Assembly (NCBI RefSeq): GCF_006345805.1
Contig: NC_043004.1
Coordinates: 22,196,001-22,260,000 of the forward strand
From: Octopus sinensis
Taxonomy: Eukaryota
DNA: 64,000 nucleotides
Direction of reading: 5' to 3'
Made by a program: the position numbers and the translations under genes. The notes beneath the pieces are model-generated. The model was not told where the DNA came from and did not search any database. It saw only the letters and a list, made by a program, of their open reading frames with translations. Below, piece by piece: positions 40,800 through 53,877 of this stretch. Position 1 is the stretch's first letter. Every line of letters begins with the position of its first letter.

Positions 40800-43720
40800 C
40801 TCTTTTAATAAATATTAGAGGCCTCCTACAAAGCAACAGTAATCAATAAATTGCACACATGAAAGATCTTTCTGCATGCACTGGATCGATATGAATTGCA
40901 CCTACAGAGAAATATATCTAAAGCAGATATGAATGACGCAGAGATACACATATCTACGTATGCTGTGTTCCGTGCAGGGAGAAGGGGAAGAAGTCACTGT
41001 GGAATTACATTGAACATCCGGGAAAATTTCACACAACTCTGTTTCAACTCAGTCTGTGATACACTTATAGGGCATTTAATGCGACTTGATGTAGTAATAT
41101 GTACACTGTATTGCCAATCTCATGCCTCAAATCATGAGGGTATATTTGAAGAAAGTCTTACAATTATAAAATAATGCACTGACAAAACTGGATCAAAGTG
41201 TTAATATACTTCTGATGGGTGACTTCTACCTCCCCAAGATCCGAAGATCAAATGGTCCGAAGAGCACATAATCTGAGGAATGATATTCAAAGAGCGTAGC
41301 CAGGCAGAATGTCTACGTGACATCAAGAAATGCAGTTCATGGAGAAAACAATAGGATCTCAAGCCATGAATGTTAACCTATTAAATCTCTGTTTCAGTAA
41401 CGATGTAGATCTACTCCACAACGTAAAGATAATACTGACAATCTTCTCAGGCCACAGCATGGTAAAACTGACGATGTATAGTCCAAAACCAATTACTGAT
41501 GTATTCCACACAGACTGCACCCAAATTTTGTCTAGTCTGAATTTTCACAAGGCCGACTATGGAAAAACGAATTATCCAGCAAACTTGGCCCAACAGTTTC
41601 TCTATGCAAGGCATTAATATGAAACTTAAAGAATGCATGTCAATTATGCAAGCCGTATGTATTAAGTTTATCTCAAAGAAGAGAGAAGCCACATACAAAA
41701 ACATCATTTCACAGGACATGAGACTCCTTATGAGAAAGAGTATAATGATCTCCAATGGCATAAGTAAACGTATTGACTGCGAGTAATCACTCCTAGAAGA
41801 GAGACTTTTAGAGATCGAAAATAACTCAAACTGTCCCATGAAACGGAATTGTTAGAAAGAAAAGCCAGGGTGGTGGAGAATATAAGAATAAGCAAAAATC
41901 TTCTACAAGTTCGCGAAAGATGCTGCTTCAGTGCACTATAAGTTGGAAGATGGCTGTTTGAAGACGGCTCGCTAACTGCGGACCTCGAGAGGATGAGTGA
42001 AATACTAAATAAGGAATTCCAGATTGTCTTTCCATTGGCAAGTGAGTGAGCCTAAAGAGTTCCTCACTACTGCAGACTTACATGGGAAAAAGACAACCAT
42101 CGATATATCGACATAAAGAGAAAGATGTAATATCAGCCATTGATGATATGAGCGCAAACTCAGCAACAGGCCCGGATAAGTTTCCATCTCTTCTCCTAAA
42201 AACATGCAAGAAAGCTCTCGCAAAACCATTGCAGATACTTTTTCAGAGTCTCCTTGCATTTGGAAAATTTACCAAACTGTTAAAAGAGGGATATCATATG
42301 CCCTACCCATTAAGGAGGAAATAGAGCAGATACTAAAATTACAGGCCTATCACTCTGAATTCATATTTTGGTATGGTCATGGAACGCATTGTTAGAAATA
42401 GACTGATCACATTCTTAGAAGAGAATAACTTGCTTACTAGCACACAGCATGATTTTCGTCGAGGGAGGAGCTGCACCACATAGCTACAACAATATGATTG
42501 GGTACTGCAACACCAGCTCAACCACCCAAACGTGGTTGTGATATCTCTCGACTTTACGAAGGCCTTTGACAAAGTTGATCATGGGATGATATGTCACAAA
42601 CTACGCAACCTTGTTACAACTGGAAAACTGAAGGTTATACGACTTTTAAAAGATCAGTTGCAACCAATGTTGCTCTCTCTGGGGTGACATCAATCCACAG
42701 CCGAGTTCCTGAGCTAGCCGTACTGGGACCACTACTGTTTTAGTGGCTCTCTCAGATATGCCATCAGTCGTACAGTCAGCCACTCTCACAAGCTACATTG
42801 ATGGTTCAAAAGTGTTTCAGGCGGTGAAGAACTATGATGACATAGTAAAACTCCAAATTTACCTGCATGCTATGTATAAATGGGCTGATGAAAATAACAA
42901 GCAGTTCAATGCGGATAAGTTTCACGCACACCGCTATCGGCCGACAACCAGAATACAATTGGAATACAAAGGACCTGCGGGCAGTGCTATTCCAGAGTTA
43001 GAATCGGTGTGTGACCTGGAAATACACATGAGTACTGATGCAGCACTCCATGTGAATATTGCCAGAAGTGTCTGGATAGATCCTTGAATTATTCAGACCT
43101 ACTTGCTAGTCCTATGGAGGATAGTTATCTTTAGTCGTCTGGATCACTGCTCCCAACTGTGGTCACCGCAGAGGGTCAAGCTGTTGGCGGAACTTGAGAC
43201 AGTCCAGCGCCACTACATAAACAAGATTGACTCGGTGAAATAGATGAGCTACTGGGAGAAGCTACAAGAATTGAAGCTCTAATCCCAAGATAGAAGGCGA
43301 GAAAGGTATGCATTGATATACATATGGAGGTTCCTGAAAGGCTAAGCTCCCAGCTTTGGAATTAAAAGCAATACCAACCACCGAAATATACAGCGCTGCA
43401 TAATATCAAAGATATCGTCGTCTTCATCTCACATAAGGAACAAGTATTGCAACAGCCTGGTTTTCAGGGGACCACAATTATTTAAAATCCTACCAAGGAA
43501 ACTACGAGATCTGCAAGGTGTAGATGTGAAAACATTCAAAAAGCACTAGGACAATTTTCTCTCTGAAAATCCCAGATGAGCCCACATCGCGGTAGAAGGC
43601 ACAAAGAAGAGCACTTTTGTCCAACTCGCATCTTCACCAAAAACACTACCGAAGGGAGACTTCAAAACACTGAAAGCGGTGTTCTAGAATGGCCTCAGCC
43701 TCTGGCTAAAACCAGTAAAT
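40800..43720 (+). mobile_element. Near-full ORF2 of an older CR1/L2-group LINE (relative of 1-2627), heavily decayed
   Basis: Starts with APE motif NIRGL...DAEIHISTYAVFRAGRRGRSHCG. Then SATGPDKFPSLLLKTCKKALAKPLQILFQS, DFTKAFDKVDHGMICHKLRNL, ALSDMPS...SYIDGSKV and QFNADKFH. 3' tail aagcggtgttctagaatggcctcagcctctggctaaaac at ~43675-43712. Confidence 0.9.
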
Positions 43721-44083
43721 GAATAAAAGAAAGTAGCATGTGTGTGTGTGCGTGTATGTGCGGGTGTACTAATCAATGTGAACATCAATAAAAGAATTGT
43801 TTTATGGTTTATACAAAAGTCCTCAATTAGTACAAGGATTCTTTTTATTTACACTTTTTGAAATTAGTCTTCTCTATGTAATTAAATCTATGGCCCATAA
43901 TTGATGTCACATAAGTAATAATATATTCTTAAGTAGTTTTTATAAATAACGGTTTCTCGTGAGATTATATCGATAATATTTGGGTAAGATATTTTCTTAC
44001 CTTATTTCAAATAACTCCATCTTTTTATATATTATTACGTTTCATTTATAGTCTATTATTTTTCTCGTTCCAACAATTAAATT

Positions 44084-44085
<2 letters not shown>

Positions 44086-44132
<47 letters not shown>

Positions 44133-44240
44133 CATCTATATATATATGTAATTATGTATATATATATATATATATATATCTATATATATGTAATTATGTA
44201 TATATATATATATATATATATATCTATATATATATGTAAT

Positions 44241-44290
<50 letters not shown>

Positions 44291-44345
44291 GAGAGAGAGA
44301 GTGAGAGAGAGAGAGAGATATATATATAGTTAGATATACATATAG
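44086..44345. repeat. (TA)n array containing three copies of tctatatatatatgtaattatg, followed by (GA)n
   Basis: Read directly from the sequence. Confidence 0.93.
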
Positions 44346-45429
44346 ATATGTTGATACATATATAGATGGATGTGTGTGTATGTAAATTTAAGTTATTATT
44401 CGTTAAGTTTTTTTAATGCGCTTATGCAGAATAATTGCTAATCTCTGGCATCGTTATTACCATTTATTACATCAACAAAAGAATTATATTTTATTAACTC
44501 TTCCTTGCAATAAATACTTTTCAAGAAAAAAATTTTAAGTGCATGTCTAAATTTGTTTAGCTAAATGATTTCATCCTATTCAAGTAATGACACAAGCAAC
44601 CTGTGTAGCCAAATATATTCCACAGCTAGGAAGTCTAAGAGAGAAACATATATATATAACAAATGATGTGTAGCAAATGATGTGCACCAGTGAAGCCGGA
44701 AGAAAGACTGTGAAGCATTTTCACCGGCGTGCTAACGATTCTACCAACTCGCTAGTATTAAAGAATGTTATATTAGAGATTTAAAAATGGCTGTGTTCCA
44801 GCATGACCACGTCCCTCAAATAACTGGTTGATTATAAGAAGTTTCCCTCTACACACACCCAAGCACCTCCACACACGAATAATAAGGAAAAATGAAAACT
44901 ACAGTAATGCCAAATTTAAAAAAAAAACTACACTAAAATGTAATAAAGGAACAGAATATTATGCAGTCTATCAATCCAAGTCGTTATTCGATACGCAATA
45001 AATGTATGTCTGTGTATGTGCGCGTGAATATGTTCTTATATGTGTCTCTAATTGCTATCATTAAGTATATTACGCTGATGATGGAGAGTGTTATAATTGA
45101 AGGAACAAATATATTAATGTATAATAAGCAAGAAAACCGCTTTATGACTATTTTACGTCCATAATGACCACTTGAGCAATAATAAGTTAATGTACAAGTC
45201 AGACGACGTACTTTTAAAGCCATCCTATTCAGAAAAATGAACAGAAGGTCAGGAGTTCAAATTGCTGTCAGACATTAGACTGACATTTATTCATACGGTT
45301 AGTTGGAGGAAATTGAAAGTTTCCATTTTATCATTTAGTTCAACGAACTTTTCTATAACATTTTGTTCCGGCTGCCTAGCTTTCCTATCATTGAGTCATT
45401 GATGCTATTAATATCGGAAGTAGTATGCT

Positions 45430-45495
45430 ACCTATATATGTGTGTGTGTGTGTGCGTGCGCGCATGTATGCCTATTTGTAGATATATTTATATAC

Positions 45496-45531
<36 letters not shown>

Positions 45532-45534
45532 GTA

Positions 45535-45571
<37 letters not shown>

Positions 45572-45689
45572 ATGTATAAATATATGTATGTATATATATA
45601 TGTATATACATATTTGTATGGATAAATATATGTATGTATATGTATATATATAAATGTATACATATATATATATATATTATGTCTGTGTG

Positions 45690-45721
<32 letters not shown>

Positions 45722-45793
45722 AGAATTTCGCCGCATACCCGCTGACATTTCTTTTCCCAATGGAACATGAGCTCCTTTCTCCTTTTTTCTATC

Positions 45794-45837
<44 letters not shown>

Positions 45838-45930
45838 TATCTCTCATGCACACACTCTCACGCACGCACAAGCATGCATAGACTCACTCTCTCCCCCCTC
45901 TCTCTCTCTCTCTCTCTCTCTCATACACAC
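45430..45930. repeat. Compound (TG)n/(TA)n/(CA)n/(CT)n microsatellite block
   Basis: Read directly from the sequence. Confidence 0.93.
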
Positions 45931-46229
45931 ACTAATATATCTTTTTTCTATCGCCCCACCGGTCTTATAACATCATCGTTTATATATCATAAGTTAATTT
46001 CTCCACCCACATCCTATGATTTTAACCTTTTAAGCTGCAATTTGAAGGAGCTGGATATAGAGCAAAACTTATAAGTAACTTTTCCCTGATATAAAAAACA
46101 TTTACATTTGACTCTAAGTTAGTATTCAATTCCTTAACACATAATATTTCATATATCATTAACATATTCACATATACGTAATATATATCTATACATTACG
46201 TGGCACGTAAGGGTGCAAGATCGTATTTA

Positions 46230-46945
46230 CGAGGAGTGTATGAAAAGTCTTGAGCCTCAAAGTAACAAAACATAGTACAAGACTTCTGATGATTTATTTT
46301 TTAATATAATCCGCCCCTCGATGGCTGAACACTTTCTCCATCGGTGCTGAAGCGCTATTATCCCGGCGTAGAGAAACTCTTTTGTTTGAGACTACAGGAA
46401 ACTTCCTACAGCGTCTATGACGTCATTGTCAGTGGCAAAATGGCGGCCAGCCAGGGCTTTTTTTCATTTTTGGGAATAGATGTAAGTCAGAGGGGGTTAA
46501 GTCTGGCGAATAAGGTGGATGGGGAGCAAGTTCATATCCACAACCACGAATTGTTGCCATGGCAACCACTGAGGTGTGGGCTGGAGCATTGTCGTGATGA
46601 AAAAGGATTCCTCTGGTGAGCATTCCTTTTTTTTTTGTTCTTTGATTGCTTCTCGGGGGCATTTCAGTAGCTGAGAATAATACAGCGCTGTCACGGTGTA
46701 ACCATTTCAAGGTAATCGTTCAATAAGACAACTTGAGAATCCCCCAAAAACTGACGCCATGACCGTGCCTGCTGAAGGAATGACCTGGTCTTCTTTTGAT
46801 GTAGGAGAAGATGGGTGCTTCCACTGCTTTGATTGATCTTTGGTTCAAGGTTGTGATGAACCCAACTTTCGTCCAAAGTAATGAAACGAGCAAGAAAATT
46901 CTCTTCATCAGCTTCAAACAGTTCCAGATTGCTCGTGGACAAAGA
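46230..46945 (-). mobile_element. Mariner 3' half (catalytic DD34D region) with one TIR; 5' part lost at a (TA)(TG) microsatellite
   Basis: TA at 46228-46229 followed by TIR cgaggagtgtatgaaaagtcttgagcct. Minus-strand FLARFITLDESWVHH, GILFHHDNAPAHTS and APHPPYSPDLTPSDLHLFPKMKK. Confidence 0.9.
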
Positions 46946-46949
46946 GATT

Positions 46950-47018
<69 letters not shown>

Positions 47019-48299
47019 ATGCATATGTGCTCCTGTAAAGAAGGAACGATAGAAACAAAGAGAGAGAGAGAGTTAAAGGATTTGGAATGATTTAGAAACA
47101 ACTCACCTGAAGCGATAATAACGTTAGCACACAATAATAGCTCAGATGAACAGGAATAATAATAAAAACGAACCTGCGGGATATTTTAAGCTATAATGAA
47201 TATGCGTGTATGTCTCTATTAGAAAACGTATGTAGATATTTTTAGGAAGAGCTGATATCGTATTTAACTTTCTTGAATAGAGTGAGGCAGAAAGACAAGC
47301 AGAATATTATTTCCTGATTTCTCTTTTCCCTTGGATTTAACAATAAGGGGAAATAATCCCCGATTGTTTATCTTAAATAATCCCAAGTTATTCCATATCA
47401 TACTAAAGTGCTTCAATGGCACCTGCTTGGATCTATTATCCCAACCCATTCAATATGTATATGTATGTTTGTATGTATGCATGTATGTATGTGTGTATAT
47501 GTATATGCATAAGATGTGTTGTATATCTAAGGAAGTAATTAGAGAAACCAGAACAGAGTGAATAAGTTAAAAGTTTCATATAATCCAGTTATTGTAATAT
47601 CATTATTAAAAATAAATAATGTGAAATCGTTGAAAAGGAAAACAATGTTGAAAAGAAAGAAATAAACATATTTGCATCTATCATTCTTACATACATTTGT
47701 ATTCAATAAAATAAAACATAAGCTTTTAGCTAATATCGGTATAAAGTTCAATTCTAAATACAACATGTAAAACATCGAAACAGTAACAAGGAAGATAAAA
47801 CGGAATATTATCAAAATTCGTTTGAATCCTGAAGCTTATCAACGTATAAATGTATCCAGCAAAAATACTTAATGATCTACATAAAATGTTAATCGATTTA
47901 TTTGGAGGTAAAATTATATTAATATTCTATTAAAATCCAATTTTTAATTATTTAAGCCTTTCGGATATACATATGTATAAACGTTAATGCGTTTGCATTA
48001 GATATATTATATATCTAATAAAATAATATATTATTTACGTTAATAACCAATGAATCAAAAATTCATACAACTATTGTGCTTTGAATTGAAATAATTTTTT
48101 TATCTTACTGGATGTTCAGTGTTCGAAACTAATACTGCGATTATGAAGATTTCTCTACATCCTAAATTCAGAGCTAGTATATATATATATAGGGAGAATT
48201 TACAAAAAAGACGAAGACAAGTGGTGTAGACAACAAACAGATGTAGCAGTATAACGCTCGGGAACACAAACACACAAATATATATATATATATATATAT

Positions 48300-48445
48300 C
48301 AAACAGGTTTCTTTCAGTTTCCGGCTACCACATCCATTCACAAGGCTTTGGTCAGCTCGAGTCTATTGTTGAAGACACTGGCCCAATTCTACCACGTAGT
48401 GCGACTGAACCCGGGACCACGTCATTGGGAAGCAAGCTTCTTACT
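48300..48445 (-). mobile_element. tRNA/CORE-type SINE head (family of 63222-63630)
   Basis: tttctttcagtttcc...cattcacaaggctttggtc...gaagacac...gactgaacccgggaccac...aagcttcttact matches 63475-63612. Confidence 0.75.
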
Positions 48446-49204
48446 AGGCATACACTCCTATATAAAAATTATATCTGCTAAGGAACAATTTATTACTTAC
48501 ATCAAGAAATAAATTTATGAGACTGTATATTTCCAAATTAAGTCAATCATGTGTTTCACAACTTAAAAGGAAAATATCGTATCATTTTAACTTGCTTATT
48601 TTTCCCCTAACTTTATGGTATTCTGTAAAGTTACAAATCGTTCCGTCATACATCTCAAAGCTAATCAATTACTACATGCACAAGTTCGCAAGCACTGAAG
48701 ATATCGGATATAAAATTTAGGTGAATGCATTTGTCTACTTTCCAGTGTCCACTAAAATCTATAAATGTACTTTGTAACACATAATATCATTAAGATATTT
48801 TGTCAAGAACGTAAACAGGAATCATGTGATTCTATATTTATGAATTTAGCTTGTATTTAAACGGATTACATTAGTGGCAATGTTCTGCTAAGTCTCAAGA
48901 AAAGTTTTGTCGATCATAATGCCTATAGAGGAAATATAACATTTGAAAGTTTGGTTTTTCAGCGAGACTGTCATAGGAGTGGGATCAGAGCCAAGCCTAT
49001 TACTGATCTCTCAAAATAATGAAAATCCGTTTTATTTTCTTGCATGTTTTCGCATTCAGTTATATTTCTTAGAACTATTCAATCAATATATACCTATACC
49101 TTGTCATAAATCCAGCATTGTGTGGTTTGAATTTCGCTTCCATTAACCTGGCTCCTGTTTCCGTCACACTGTATCTTACAGTGGGTGATTGTCACCGACT
49201 ATAG

Positions 49205-49675
49205 TTCCTGGTAAACCCAAGCCTTCTGGGTGAATTTGGTACGAAACTGAAAGCTGAAGGACTCCCGTTTTATACGTACGTACATACATACTTACATACA
49301 TACGTACATACGTACATACATATATAGTACATGCATACATATATACGTACATGCATACATATATACGTACATGCATACATGCATGCATACATATATACGT
49401 ACATGCATACATACATACGTATGAATGTGCACACACGTACGTATGTATGTATTTATCTGTGTGCGCGTATCCTTGTGTTTGTATTTGTCCCCATAACCGC
49501 TTGACAACTGGCGTTGATTTATCTAGGGCCTTGTAACTTAGTTGTTCGACATAAGAACGCGATAGAATAAATACTAGGTTTTAAAATATAATGTAGTCGA
49601 TTTCTTCGATTCAACCCTGCAATACGGTGACTACGCAAAGTCGCATTCCAATGAATGAAACAAGTAAAAGATAAT
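49205..49675 (+). mobile_element. Diverged SINE (family of 63222-63630) with internal (TACA)n expansion
   Basis: ccaagccttctgggtgaatttgg..gaaactgaaag, then microsatellite, then cgcttgacaactggcgttg...gtaacttagttgttcg...gatagaataaatactagg, ending gaaacaagtaaaaga. Confidence 0.7.
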
Positions 49676-49788
49676 TGAATATATATTTTCAGATCTAGGA
49701 TGACATTATGTTATCAATGAACTGATAATAAAACCGTAATTGAGGTGCTGTCCTTTATGTTTTCCTTGTTTCAGTAATTTGTTTGCAG

Positions 49789-49848
49789 CGATGCTGAGGC
49801 ATCGCCTTCAAGAATCTTATTCGAAAGTGATTACTTCTTTTAAATCTG
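49789..49848 (+). CDS. Candidate 60-nt internal exon (phase 1-1: xMLRHRLQESYSKVITSFKS) of an unidentified gene
   Basis: Acceptor tttatgttttccttgtttcagtaatttgtttgcag| and donor CTG|gtaagt. One frame is open. No homology recognised. Confidence 0.25.
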
Positions 49849-49961
49849 GTAAGTATTCTATTGCGCCAAACCGTTAAATGACGTAACCGCAACAACACCG
49901 GTTTCACATAATGGTGGCGGATAAACACAGGCAAAAAGACACATACATGCAATTGTATATA

Positions 49962-50746
49962 CATTTTATATTTTTAATTTCATGCATATACATTGTTTTT
50001 TTGTTTTTTTGATTTTGTTGACTACACAGTATGGTGGGGTCAGTTGGGCACCATCTTTGAGGAAAAACCGCACCATGATGTCATTCCCTCTGTCAGAAAT
50101 TTGGAAAAGAAATGCTGTACTGCTTGGCATACGCGCCGGAATCTCCAATACAAACACTTCAGAGTGTTTGGGTGTCAAGCTGAGGACAGTGCAATCTGAA
50201 GACATGTACCGAGAGTAATAAAGTCAAACATCTAGCCATCATCATGGTGTTTGGAGTGATCACTAGTGATAGCGACGTCATGCCTCCATTCATCTTCCCG
50301 CACGGCCTCACACTCAACACGGTGGACTACATCAAGTGCCTGGAAGAGGCATTGCTGCCCTAGATGGAGAAGGTGGCTGGAAGAGACTCTGTCTGGGAAC
50401 AGGACTCTGCACCATTCCACACAAGCACACATAACCCTCAACATCTAGCCACATAACTCCCAAGTCTGCCCCCTACCTTTGATTATTATCCGTGGGGTGT
50501 AGTTGGGTTAGAGACCAACAAAACTTCTTATAACAACAAAGACGAAGTGAACACAAGACAGCATTCACCAGCGTAAACAAGGTGACCATCCAGAAGAGAG
50601 GCAGAAGATTTTAAAATCATCTGCAGGCTGTGGTTAAAGCCAATGGCGATTATATTGAATAAATTTACTCTTTAGCATTTCAAGATATCTTTATGTAATT
50701 TTGGTAAATGTATCTGATAAAATGATATGTCAGTGTTATTTTCATT
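49962..50746 (+). mobile_element. Internally deleted Tc1/mariner (maT/DD37D-like) element
   Basis: N-terminal KRNAVLLGIRAGISNTNTSECLGVKLRTVQ is joined directly to VKHLAIIMVFGVITSDSDVMPPFIFPHGLTLNTVDYIKCLEEALLP...VWEQDSAPFH, followed by a decayed WPPNSPD.NPLDY.VWG-like segment. Terminal TIR bases are not retained. Confidence 0.8.
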
Positions 50747-50770
50747 TCACACGCACACACACACACACAC

Positions 50771-50960
<190 letters not shown>

Positions 50961-52479
50961 ATACCTATTAGACTATTAATTCTATAGTTTCCTTTATACG
51001 AAGACATTGATATTCAAGTCATTGTTAATGCATCTCCAAATGAAAAGAAATTGCAACCATATCGTGATGAGTTATTTCGGTTTAAGTAATATTACATACA
51101 GAAAAGTAAAATAGGTGTATTGTCTGCTGTGATGGACCATTACGCATGATTCTATATCGAATCTTCCACATAATTACACAACAAAAGGAAAAAAACACAT
51201 TTCTTGAAGTTACTTTTAAACTTATATCATTAACATTTTCTTCAATACTTACCGGAAAAAAACGCGTGTGGGTTCCTGTAATTATTAAGATAATCTTGAA
51301 TTAGAATAACGAATTTCCATTCTTAAAACGATACGTTCATTGTGAATATCATTGCATTTGATGAAAGAAAAAGGAGCGGACTTTTCATTGAAGAACAAAG
51401 TTGCTGTAGTAATCAAATTGATTCAAGCAGTGCCCATCCACTCTTATTACCTCATCTGTAATAGCTCATTTGTTCTGATTCCAGCAACAGAAACTCAACA
51501 TCTAATCTAATTCGGCTTAAAATCGTATTGACTCGAGATATGAAATTTCCGGGGAGACTTTAATTGGTTACGAAGATCTTCCCTTAGGCAAATTTCGTTC
51601 AACATCGTTCACACTTTATCATTTAATATCTCGTATGACATATTATCCTATGTAATTGATTGTTATCCAATTCTTTCCGATAACGTGCAACCAATTTCAT
51701 ATTTCTCCATAGGCAGACTCCTGCTATCTATTTTATAATAATTTTTTACAAGACATAGGCACACTACCATGTACATGGGGACTTACTTACAAATATATGC
51801 ATATTACTTACATATACGGTAATATGCACACTGACCAGTAAGCGTTGTGATATTACCAATCGAAGCTGCTAAATAACGCCACAATATCCTACAAGTCCAT
51901 AGGAAAGTACTCGAGGCTTATTCCTTCAATAACAAACTAAGAGATTCTAGAATTGTTGGTCTAGTGTATCTCAACAATGAACTGGAAGAGAAACGCTTTG
52001 CATACCTACCCAAACATATTATGTATGTATATCTTTTTCTCACAAACTGGAGGTTTACGCAAATAAATCAATAACAGTTACAGCTGGCATATAAAATACA
52101 ATAAGTATGTGTGAACAGTATCGCGTGATCTGATAAAATAATCAAGTAACTGTCACACACCTCTGTTCCTTCTTTGAGTGATACAGACAGGAAATTAGAA
52201 CTCAAAACGTAAGCAAACACACCTGCGCGCGCAAACACATACACACACACACATGCATACACACACACACACACACACACAGGTGTTGGCCGAATCAGCA
52301 GCAGAAGCGATTTTCATTATTATTCATAGTAATCGGCAGAAGTTAGAAAGTGATTCAAGGTCCTAAACTTCCATCCACCTCCAGTTTATAAGTTTCACAA
52401 GTGCCAAATCACAGAACTCTAAACCCTTAAATACATCTCTCACAACTGCCAAGCAATAAGGCACGCACTCGCATACATA

Positions 52480-52502
52480 TGTGCGCGCACACACTCACAT
52501 AG

Positions 52503-52588
<86 letters not shown>

Positions 52589-52815
52589 GTGTATATATAT
52601 ATATATGTATATATTTATGCGCATATATCTATATATATGTATGGGTATATTATATATAAATGTATATGCATATTTAAATGTATGTATATATATAAATGCA
52701 TATGTATATTTATATACATATATGTATGTATGTATGTGTGTGTGTATATATATATTATATATATATAATATATATATACACATATATATACATGCATATA
52801 TATATATATACATGC
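52480..52815. repeat. Compound (CA)n/(TA)n/(TATG)n microsatellite
   Basis: Read directly from the sequence. Confidence 0.95.
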
Positions 52816-52850
52816 ATAAATGGGTACAGGTAACCAACGGTACAATCAAA

Positions 52851-53081
52851 ATGAAATACCTAAACAAACGACTTAATTACGAAAGCAACGAGAAAAAAAT
52901 TGAACAAGACAAAGTAAACCCAATTGTCAGCTGTGTATCTACTCTTCATTTCGAGCGCTCGAAATGAGGAGTAGATAAACAGCATAGCAAATGATGAAGG
53001 GTCCTTTCCCTGTTTGCTTGTCCTGTTATCAATTTTTTTCTCGTTCCTTTAATAATTAAGAGGGTTGTTTACGTATTTCAT
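52851..53081. repeat. Loopless inverted repeat (palindrome) centred at 52956/52957
   Basis: Perfect 22-bp palindrome tcatttcgagcgctcgaaatga (52946-52967). 52931-52982 pairs with one wobble and one mismatch. The outer arms atgaaatac..taaacaa..cttaatta..aaag.aacgagaaaaaaattga also pair. Confidence 0.92.
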
Positions 53082-53139
53082 GTTGTTCACACAGTCGGTG
53101 GCGTCCTGTATCCCTATATGCATGTATATATATATATAT

Positions 53140-53172
<33 letters not shown>

Positions 53173-53214
53173 ATATATATATATATTATACAAATTAGAG
53201 ACAAAATAAAACTG

Positions 53215-53286
<72 letters not shown>

Positions 53287-53342
53287 TTCTTATTTTAATT
53301 GAATGCGAGCCATCCATTTCCAAGTAAGTTTATATATATATA

Positions 53343-53877
53343 GGCGCAGGAGTTGTTGTGTGGTAAGAAGCTTGCTTCCCAACCACTTGGTTCTAGGTTC
53401 CATCCCACAGTGTACTACCTTTGCCAGGTGTCTCCTTTAATAGCCTCGGACCAACCAAAGCCTTGTGAGTGGATTTGGTTGACGTAAATTAAAGGAATCC
53501 CTTCGTAACAATAATAATTTGTTAAGTATAGATGTCTATTTAATATTAATTTTTATTTAATACAACAGACGTTTCGATACATCCTGCTACTCCCTTATAG
53601 ATGTGACTGCTTTCAACATGTGTTGTCAGGCCCCTTAACTAGACGTGCATATAGTAACATGACAGCCACAACTCAGGATCTGTAGCGAGACACAGACTTT
53701 TATGTATAGATGTACTTTATGAGACCCAGACTGTAAAGTTGATGCAACATATGAGAACGATAGAATAAGTACTAGGCTTCCAACGAATAAGTCCTGGAGT
53801 TGATTGCTTTGACTAAAATCCCTTGCGACGGTGCTCCAGCTTGGCGGCAGTCAAATGACAAATAAAAGAATAAAATA
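53343..53877 (+). mobile_element. tRNA/CORE-type SINE (family of 63222-63630) with ~250 bp of unrelated sequence replacing its middle
   Basis: Head ggcgcaggagttgttgtgtggtaagaagc...ccaaagccttgtgagtggatttgg (53343-53505). 3' part gatagaataagtactaggc...cggtgctccagcttggcggcagtcaaatgac (53755-53877). Confidence 0.8.

Noticed and set aside
47330-47387. Short imperfect hairpin (aacaat-gggga / tcccc-attgtt)
   Set aside because: Only about 11 bp plus a bulge, which is expected by chance in AT-rich DNA.
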